Assembly (NCBI GenBank): GCA_964633425.1
Contig: CAZWFX010000001.1
Location: forward strand, 74,687 to 138,686
Length of the DNA: 64,000 nucleotides
Source of the DNA: an uncultured Candidatus Saccharibacteria bacterium
Lineage (GTDB): Bacteria > Patescibacteriota > Minisyncoccia > Phycocordibacterales > UBA2100
Direction: 5' to 3'
Shown here: positions 57,452-64,000 of the stretch, piece by piece
How positions within the stretch are numbered: position 1 is the first letter of the stretch
Layout of the letters: each line of letters starts with the position of its first letter
Program-made: the position numbers and the translations under genes
Notes under the pieces: model-generated
Seen by the model: only the letters and a program-made list of their open reading frames with translations
The model's database searches: none
What the model was told of the DNA's origin: nothing

Positions 57452-57964
57452 ATGGCCGACCCAACACTAGCAGAACTTACCAAGCGGATTGACCTAGACA
57501 AACTGTACCCACCATTCAAGGCCAAGGTATTGGAACTACTACAAAATTGCCTTGACAAAGGAGCAATTTACGTGGTGACTTCTGGGCTTAGAACCTATGA
57601 AGAACAGGCCAAGATTTATGCCATTGGCAGGACGACTAGGTTAAACGAGGGGATCAAGACCAAGGCGTGGGCTGGCAAGAGTCCCCACAACTTTGCGATT
57701 GCGATTGACTGTATGCACTCAGCCCCTCCATGGCAAGGTAAGCTTGTTCCAGATGATGCCAACAAGAACTACAAGCTATACGCAGACGAGGCCGTCAAAC
57801 TAGGGCTAGATGCTGGATATTACTGGAAGGGAAACTTCCAGGACACCAACCACGTTCAACTAGATGTTAAGGCGCAGGGTATTACCTGGGACGAACTGGA
57901 CAAACACTATCGCTCTGGAGGATACCCAGCCGTGTTCGCGTACTTAGACAAGTTTTCTTGGTAA
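57452..57964 (+). CDS. M15-family (L-Ala-D-Glu) peptidase endolysin
   Basis: SGLRTYEEQ..IYA.GRT, S.HNFA.A.D, G..W...D..HVQ; AATCTTA 6 nt upstream. Confidence 0.88.
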   Translation: MADPTLAELTKRIDLDKLYPPFKAKVLELLQNCLDKGAIYVVTSGLRTYEEQAKIYAIGRTTRLNEGIKTKAWAGKSPHNFAIAIDCMHSAPPWQGKLVPDDANKNYKLYADEAVKLGLDAGYYWKGNFQDTNHVQLDVKAQGITWDELDKHYRSGGYPAVFAYLDKFSW

Positions 57965-58006
57965 TTATCGTAAGTTGTATCAAAATTTAGAATAACTAGG
58001 ACACAA

Positions 58007-58549
58007 ATGGCCAATTCAACAATCGCCTACGCCATCTACCAACTGGCCCTCATGCAAGTCAAAGACCGTGGAGCCAAACTGGTCTATAAGAAAGACTCTA
58101 AGTTTTGGAGAAACCTAGAGAAATTCGTCGCTGCCATAACCCCCAATAAACACCTCAACGAAGGCACCACAACCACCTACGGCAAAACCATCTACCTGGC
58201 CGACGGATTTGACGACCTGCCCTACGAGCAGAGGGCCGAAACCATCGCCCATGAATTGGTGCATGTAGAACAATTCAAGAGAATGACCTGGGTTGGGTTC
58301 ATGTTCGTTTACGTATTCGTGTTCTTTCCCATTGCCCTGGCCTATGGCCGGTACTGGCTGGAACGCCAGGCCTACCTAACCGGATACAAAGTGTTCCTCT
58401 CTGCCCTACCAGAAGAGGAAAAACCCTTCTGGAAAGAAGACCTGCCAAAAGAATTCGCTGAATACATGGCCAGCGGTACCTACTACTGGGGCTGGCCTTT
58501 TAAGAAAAGCTCCCGAAAATGGATGGCTAACCAACTAAAGGATCTCTAG
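58007..58549 (+). CDS. HExxH metallopeptidase-like protein
   Basis: TTYGKTIY, IAHELVHVEQ, LERQAY. Confidence 0.7.
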   Translation: MANSTIAYAIYQLALMQVKDRGAKLVYKKDSKFWRNLEKFVAAITPNKHLNEGTTTTYGKTIYLADGFDDLPYEQRAETIAHELVHVEQFKRMTWVGFMFVYVFVFFPIALAYGRYWLERQAYLTGYKVFLSALPEEEKPFWKEDLPKEFAEYMASGTYYWGWPFKKSSRKWMANQLKDL

Positions 58550-59282
58550 GATTAAATTCCACAGTGATTCCAATTAGTTGACCGCTTTCATTCCGAACAC
58601 CGAAGAGTCTGAAAAGTCCTGATCCGTAGCCTGTTTTGGTAATCAGGCCTTCGTTTACGGTTTTGGCTGGGTGTTCTGTGGTGGCTTTGTAGAGTTCTCG
58701 GCAACTCGCCCAGAGTTTGGCCCAGGCTCTGGCGCAGAACTCGCTTTCGTCAATGGACGCATGGTCTTGGAAGAGAACTTTTTCGGTGGGAAAGAAGCCA
58801 AGGATTGCGGTTCCGGCGTAGATTTCTCCCAGTGGTTCCTGGAAGAGTTCCGGCTGGGCTGACAGATCTTCATGACTTCCATGGACCATGATCCACCGAT
58901 CAATGAACGGTGGCTGTAGCGGATTGGCCGCCCTGGCGTAGTGGATGAAACCCTCCCAACGACCACCCATCATACCGTCAATCAACAAAGCCCGATCTTC
59001 GTTGTTGTCGTTCTGAGGATCTAGAACGTAAATCGCCTGCCCGACTTCAGTACTTCCCACTAGCCACGGAGAACCAGACGTCAAAGCCTGGTAGTCTTGT
59101 TCCGTAGAGTCTCGTAGACCTTGGATTTTATTGAGGATTTCCGTCTTGTCTGCTGACACTAGTTGGGAATCGTCACACGTAAGTCCCTTAATAGACCACA
59201 TAGTCTTGAGTCTTTTGTTCTCCAGGTCGAGTTCTTTGGTGAGCCGATCGAGTTCAGCGATCATTTCAGCGGGATTTTTCAT
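58527..59282 (-). CDS. DUF4241-like protein
   Basis: C-terminal TGYGSG.F..FG.RN..GQLIGITVEF; start set at ATG 59282 with AAGGA upstream. Confidence 0.5.
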   Translation of the reverse strand: MKNPAEMIAELDRLTKELDLENKRLKTMWSIKGLTCDDSQLVSADKTEILNKIQGLRDSTEQDYQALTSGSPWLVGSTEVGQAIYVLDPQNDNNEDRALLIDGMMGGRWEGFIHYARAANPLQPPFIDRWIMVHGSHEDLSAQPELFQEPLGEIYAGTAILGFFPTEKVLFQDHASIDESEFCARAWAKLWASCRELYKATTEHPAKTVNEGLITKTGYGSGLFRLFGVRNESGQLIGITVEFNPRDPLVG

Positions 59283-59314
59283 GGTTAAGTTTCCTTGGTT
59301 TGGGGTTTGCGAGC

Positions 59315-59321
59315 AATCTTT
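59315..59321 (+). promoter_or_regulatory. AATCTTT late-promoter motif
   Basis: 6 nt before in-frame GTG 59328. Confidence 0.6.
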
Positions 59322-59327
59322 AAGATC

Positions 59328-61886
59328 GTGTCTAAGGATGTAAACCCGTCGTTTTTGTCTTCTGTGCAGGAGGCCGCTAGGTCCAATGTGGCAAGCCCAC
59401 AATTCTCAGCTGAGGTAGAAGACGCGACTCTTAACAATCCCCTCTGGTACCAATCGGACATCGACCACACCAGATGGAACAAACTCTACCCATATCGCCT
59501 TTCGGTTGTCAAGGCCGTAAAGACCGAAAACGGTACCGATTATCAAGAAAATCTTAAATGGCAGTATACGTTGCCTATCCCTCCGGAATCATTAGATAAT
59601 TCCATGAATTTTGCCATTGATCTGGCAGCCACGTTAGAGGGTATCCATGCAGATCACAACGGGGTGGTATTTCAAGACATCAATTTTTCTGGGACGACTG
59701 GGGTATTGCCTCTTAGGGGAGCGGCGCCGTCAAAAGACTTCAGCCCGCTGAATTCTATTTTTGGAGGGACGCTGGCTGCGGCAGGGAGGACCGGTGCGTC
59801 CGCCTTGTCTGTGGTCAATGGAGGAGTGGCTCCTACGCCCAATTTTCTAATTACACAAGAAGACATTCAGGCTGGAGACATTGGAAAGTCGAGTGGTTAC
59901 GCGCAGTTTCATGTACTTTCGCAGTTTTTGAGGAACTACGCTAACTTCAAAAAGACCGTAGATGGAAGGGCTTATCGTTTGGTCTTTAGTATTTACAAAG
60001 ACAACGAGTCTTTCTTGGTAGAGCCGGTAAGATTCAGGCTGAATCGAAACGCAAGTTCTGCGTTAGAGTACACCTATTCGTTAAGCCTGAAGGCCTACGG
60101 TAAGATCAAGCTAACAGGAACCGCTGAGGCGGCCGAGGCTTATCACCCTAGCGTGACGGACCCAAATCTGGTGAGTCAAATGCTGGCCACGGTTCAGGCT
60201 GGGCGACAAACCATCTATGACGCGACCGACGTAATGAGCGCCATCGGGATGGACATGGATCTGTTCTTGCATGAGCCCATTAGGAAGATGGCCCTCTTCC
60301 TTAAAGAAGCAGCCGGTTCGGCGCTTTCCGTGGCGGAATTACCCAAGACCATGGTTTCCGGCTTCAGGGACGCCGTTGTGGCCTATGTCGGAGTGGCCGC
60401 CTATGGCAACCAGTTGATTAACATGGCCGACAAGCCAAGCGTATTCAACCAAATGGTTAATGATATTAAGGCCATAGCTGAAGAGACAGGCATGGTACAG
60501 TCCGGGCTTGGCAGTCGGGTCTTTGGTAACAACTCCAGCAATCGTCAACCGGGCTTGGGAAACGCCAGGTCTGGCGCTAGCTCTGCGGATTCTTACAATG
60601 CAGATCCTGCGCACAGGGTTTTTGAAGATCCCATTAAGGCGTATTCGTTATTTTCTGCCATACATCCAGCGGACCTGGCTCTTCCAGCGTCTTCCATTCG
60701 AGCCATCAACGAAGAGCGTCAGGATGTTATTAGGATGACCAGGAAGGACTTTGAGGTCATTCGAGACAACCTAGAGAAATTTCTTACTGCTTTTGAGTTT
60801 TACATTGGAGGAGGGCACGATACGGTAGCCACCCTTTACGGCACCAAGCTGACCCACAACGACAGCCTTGAGCCCAGCGACGAACACTTTGAAGTTATTT
60901 ACGCCCTCAATCGGTTGATACAAGTGGCTTCTAAGCTGGCCGCCACCAGGCTAACCAACCAAATCAACATTAGCCCGGTTGAGTACGTGGCTGGTTTGGC
61001 CAGTCGCAGCGGGATCGCCTTTACAGTTCCTGTGTCTAAGTTCATTGTTCCGTTTCCCTATGGACACAACCTAGAAGATCTGGCTAGGATTTATCTAGGG
61101 GATCCGGATAGATGGATGGAAATATCACAGCTCAATGGGCTTAGATCTCCTTACGTAGATGAGGAGGGCTTTCAAAAGCCCCTACTGGCTGATGGAAATG
61201 AAAATCAACTTCAAGTAGCCGATTCTTCAAATTTGGCCTTAGGTCAGACGGTCTGGGTGGTTAGCAACACCAAAGCGAAGACCAAGAGGCAGATCGTTGG
61301 GATTGAGGATTTTATGACGCACAGCGTCATAACACTCAACGGCGACCCTGACCTTGAAGACTATCACTATCTGGCAGGAGCTTACCTACACGCCTTCTTG
61401 CCAGGAACGGTTAACAGCCAGATGTCCATCTACATCCCGTCATCCACTCCGGTTGATGACGACACCTACCAAACAAAAGACATCCCTGGACTAGAGGACT
61501 TTGATCCGATTATCGCTGCTGGTGGGGTTGACCTACTCTTAACCAACGACAACGACTTGGTTATCACAACCGACGGAGACGCCAGACTGGCCATTGGCCT
61601 GTCCAACATCATCCAACGAATTAGGGTAATGCTGTCTGTCACCAAAGGCACCTTGAACCAGCACCCTGAATTTGGCTTGCCGTTGGCTGTTGGAGCCTCT
61701 CTGGCTGAAATGTCTGCCAAGGACATCGCTGAGTCTATTAAGGGTATGTTCAATTCAATTCCCTCTTGGTCAGCCAGAGACATCCAAGTTAACATAACCG
61801 GGCCGACCTGCAAGATCGGGTTTAACGTTTACGTCCCTGGGACCGGGCAACTACTACCCGTGTTTTTTGAGATCGGTATCACTTAA
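59328..61886 (+). CDS. Baseplate protein with LysM-like and gp25-like domains
   Basis: G..LEDLA..YLGDPDRW.EI..LNGL (LysM-like); C-terminal GDARL..G..NI.Q.....G.L..HPEFG (gp25-like). Confidence 0.75.
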   Translation: MSKDVNPSFLSSVQEAARSNVASPQFSAEVEDATLNNPLWYQSDIDHTRWNKLYPYRLSVVKAVKTENGTDYQENLKWQYTLPIPPESLDNSMNFAIDLAATLEGIHADHNGVVFQDINFSGTTGVLPLRGAAPSKDFSPLNSIFGGTLAAAGRTGASALSVVNGGVAPTPNFLITQEDIQAGDIGKSSGYAQFHVLSQFLRNYANFKKTVDGRAYRLVFSIYKDNESFLVEPVRFRLNRNASSALEYTYSLSLKAYGKIKLTGTAEAAEAYHPSVTDPNLVSQMLATVQAGRQTIYDATDVMSAIGMDMDLFLHEPIRKMALFLKEAAGSALSVAELPKTMVSGFRDAVVAYVGVAAYGNQLINMADKPSVFNQMVNDIKAIAEETGMVQSGLGSRVFGNNSSNRQPGLGNARSGASSADSYNADPAHRVFEDPIKAYSLFSAIHPADLALPASSIRAINEERQDVIRMTRKDFEVIRDNLEKFLTAFEFYIGGGHDTVATLYGTKLTHNDSLEPSDEHFEVIYALNRLIQVASKLAATRLTNQINISPVEYVAGLASRSGIAFTVPVSKFIVPFPYGHNLEDLARIYLGDPDRWMEISQLNGLRSPYVDEEGFQKPLLADGNENQLQVADSSNLALGQTVWVVSNTKAKTKRQIVGIEDFMTHSVITLNGDPDLEDYHYLAGAYLHAFLPGTVNSQMSIYIPSSTPVDDDTYQTKDIPGLEDFDPIIAAGGVDLLLTNDNDLVITTDGDARLAIGLSNIIQRIRVMLSVTKGTLNQHPEFGLPLAVGASLAEMSAKDIAESIKGMFNSIPSWSARDIQVNITGPTCKIGFNVYVPGTGQLLPVFFEIGIT

Positions 61887-61891
61887 TCTTT
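61885..61891 (+). promoter_or_regulatory. AATCTTT late-promoter motif
   Basis: 6 nt before ATG 61898. Confidence 0.6.
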
Positions 61892-61897
61892 ACTGAC

Positions 61898-62182
61898 ATG
61901 GCCATCAGGTACGGGAAATACTCTTCTAGAAAATTCTGGTTCAGCGTCGGAACCTCCGTTCTTATTTTTCTATGCGGATTGGTGGCTGCCTACATTGCAG
62001 GGTTCAGGAGCGCACTTGAGGTAGTGGTTGGTGGCTTGCTTGGAGCACTTGGTATCTACACGGGAAGTTCAGTTGGAGCCAAGTACGTAGCGGGAAAGAC
62101 CGGGCAGATCCCGGACGATGAGGGTCCGATGCCCGAAAAGAAGGATCCGCCCAAGGATCCGCCCAAGAAGCTAAAGGATTAG
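61898..62182 (+). CDS. putative holin (2 TM helices)
   Basis: SRKFW, two hydrophobic helices, charged C-terminus (KDPP twice). Confidence 0.6.
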   Translation: MAIRYGKYSSRKFWFSVGTSVLIFLCGLVAAYIAGFRSALEVVVGGLLGALGIYTGSSVGAKYVAGKTGQIPDDEGPMPEKKDPPKDPPKKLKD

Positions 62183-62484
62183 TGTCTGTTGTAGCATTGT
62201 TTACATCTTAGTCGGTTCCGATAGAAGTTCTCCAGCGGTAAGATCTCCAAACAGCTCCTACACATTTTGAGGTTAGATCTGTCATTACAGGGTCTACAGA
62301 ACCCATTCCATTCGGTGTGGGTTTGGGTATGGCAATTAAGGCATGGGGGCAAGGTGGAGGTGTAGGTTTTACGCCTACATTCTTTACAATAGTCTTGGTG
62401 GCCTGAATTAGAACAGGCTTTTCGATGGAAGCAAGATGGGGGCAGGAGGTTTTTGCAAGACAGACATTTGATGAACTGGGTCAC
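62179..62484 (-). CDS. Cys-rich zinc-finger protein
   Basis: Repeated CxxC...F.....CxxC units like those attached to HNH endonucleases; no nuclease core seen; AATCTTT at 62496-62490. Confidence 0.65.
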   Translation of the reverse strand: MTQFIKCLSCKNLLPPSCFHRKACSNSGHQDYCKECRRKTYTSTLPPCLNCHTQTHTEWNGFCRPCNDRSNLKMCRSCLEILPLENFYRNRLRCKQCYNRH

Positions 62485-62611
62485 ATAGGAAAGATTACTT
62501 CATTCCATTTGAGTGAATGTAAGGAAGTTGACAATCAATCTGATGTCCAGGGGAAACTACCCCAAAATTTTCAAGCGGATCAATTAAGATCCCTGGAGCT
62601 AAACGAAAACA

Positions 62612-63094
62612 ATGGCTACTTCTTATAAGGCTGAATCGATTGCTAAAGACCTGGCGGACAAGCTGACCTCACGTCAGCCCTTTGCTGCGGGCGCGACCCT
62701 TGCTGTTACACTGTCGTATGACACCGACCTCAACCCGCTGATTACCGTTGGTCCTGGAACCAACGGATCGCGGACTGCGGTAATTAAGGTCATGCCAGAG
62801 TCGTGGACGAATGCCAAGGATTCGCTTGGTAATACCGCCCAGCAGTACGCTCCTACGGTCATTATGATCGCGAAGGAAGCGAACTATGTTGGAGCGACCG
62901 ACAACGTCGTCGACCCCCTGAAGGAGTACGACCTTCTGTTCCTTTACGGTGCATGTGCGGCTTACGGTACGAAGCTAGAGCTTTGGACCTCGGCTGCCGG
63001 CGCTGCCCCAACTGCGTCGACCTTTAGCACTGCGTCCAACAGAATTGCTGAGTTTTATCCACAGCACTATCGCCCACTACAGAGCCAGTCGTAA
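62612..63094 (+). CDS. putative virion structural protein
   Basis: 160 aa, starts what looks like a head operon. Confidence 0.65.
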   Translation: MATSYKAESIAKDLADKLTSRQPFAAGATLAVTLSYDTDLNPLITVGPGTNGSRTAVIKVMPESWTNAKDSLGNTAQQYAPTVIMIAKEANYVGATDNVVDPLKEYDLLFLYGACAAYGTKLELWTSAAGAAPTASTFSTASNRIAEFYPQHYRPLQSQS

Positions 63095-63126
63095 TCGAGG
63101 GTTAACCCAAGGAAGGAAACTCCCAC

Positions 63127-63942
63127 ATGGATACAACCCTAGACCTAGACAAGCTAATCGAGGAGACGGCTGCGCGGCTTAAGCTGCAAAAGTCCGCCAT
63201 CGAGGATAGCCCGAATGCTTCGTCAGAAGGATCGGGTCCGCCTGCGGACGCTGACCCTGATGTGAAGGAAGATAAGGAAGAGCAAGACGCTAAGGAAGGT
63301 AAGGACTCGGGCGAAGGTTCCGAGGGGTCAGCCCCTCCGGCTGATGCTCCTGCTCCTACCGAGGATCCTGCGGCCGATGCCCTCCAGGCTGAAGCCCCAC
63401 CGACCCTAGAGCAGTTGGTTTCTGAGTATGCTGCGCTGCCAGACCATCTTTTGGATCTGTGCCTTCAGGCTGCTCAGCAAGCGAAGGCGATGAAGGTTGC
63501 CCCAGTGGCTCCTCCAGTAGCCGCTCCGGCTCCCCCAATTGCTCCAGCAGCTCCTCCAGTAGCGCCTCCAGCGGCTGCGCCTTCGGCAGACCCCATGCTG
63601 GCCCTCAAGTCGGAGAACCTGAAGTACATGCAGGAACTCAGTGCGGCTCTCGCTAAGAACGAGGAACTCATCAAACTTAATGAACGAAACACCAAGATCG
63701 TGGAAGAGTTCATCAAGGATTTTGATAAGCCCACGATGCGGAAGTCTTTTGTCGCCTCTTCGGAGGTTAATCCTCCCAAGGACAGCGCACCAGACTTGAC
63801 CAAACTTTCCAAGGCCGAAATCAACGGGATGCTCCGTGCGAAACTACGCGATGGAAAACTAACGAAGTCCGAAGCGGACCTGGTTTCAGGTTTTGCAATG
63901 GGTTCGAAGACGATTAAGGATATCGCCCACCTGCTTAAGTAA
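63127..63942 (+). CDS. putative scaffold-like protein
   Basis: Acidic, Pro/Ala-rich, coiled coil, AGGAAGGA SD; another SD (AGGAG) follows at the window end. Confidence 0.5.
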   Translation: MDTTLDLDKLIEETAARLKLQKSAIEDSPNASSEGSGPPADADPDVKEDKEEQDAKEGKDSGEGSEGSAPPADAPAPTEDPAADALQAEAPPTLEQLVSEYAALPDHLLDLCLQAAQQAKAMKVAPVAPPVAAPAPPIAPAAPPVAPPAAAPSADPMLALKSENLKYMQELSAALAKNEELIKLNERNTKIVEEFIKDFDKPTMRKSFVASSEVNPPKDSAPDLTKLSKAEINGMLRAKLRDGKLTKSEADLVSGFAMGSKTIKDIAHLLK

Positions 63943-64000
63943 GCTAGGTTGCTAACATAAAAGGACGAGGCCTCTGGTGGCTGTGCTGCCAAGCCAGGAG

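Noticed and set aside
62179-62484. Free-standing HNH homing endonuclease
   Set aside because: Only Cys-rich zinc-finger repeats are visible, with no HNH catalytic core
1-64000. CRISPR array, tRNA or rRNA genes
   Set aside because: No regularly spaced repeats or cloverleaf/T-loop signatures noticed by eye in the short intergenic regions; tRNAscan was not run
1-64000. Alternative genetic code (stop-codon reassignment)
   Set aside because: Long conserved genes are intact under code 11, and TAA, TAG and TGA all end genes at sensible places

Overview
This window is part of a large tailed (myovirus-like) bacteriophage genome read with the standard genetic code. Positions 1-24.3 kb hold replication, recombination and transcription genes: SbcD/SbcC-like nuclease and ATPase, GroES- and GroEL-like chaperonins, a sigma70-family factor lacking the -35-binding helix, an SF2 helicase, a YdaU-like initiator, an intein-containing DnaB, RuvC, a class II ribonucleotide reductase and a DnaE polymerase split into two genes. 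Positions 24.3-64 kb hold morphogenesis genes: a terminase with two inteins, portal, head morphogenesis protein, large baseplate proteins, tail fibres with partly decayed tip cassettes, and dispersed lysis genes, with small counter-oriented genes in between. Two observations stand out. (1) The two DnaE halves end and start with segments resembling a split intein that has lost every splicing residue, which suggests a non-splicing intein-derived clasp holding a bipartite polymerase together; a second, contiguous intein-like remnant sits in the PHP domain. (2) There appears to be a three-class promoter system (TTGAC..TAnnnT, GGCTATAT, AATCTTT) with mostly leaderless genes, together with a region-4-truncated sigma and a separate acidic sigma4-like protein. 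All family assignments were made by eye from motifs, without database searches.
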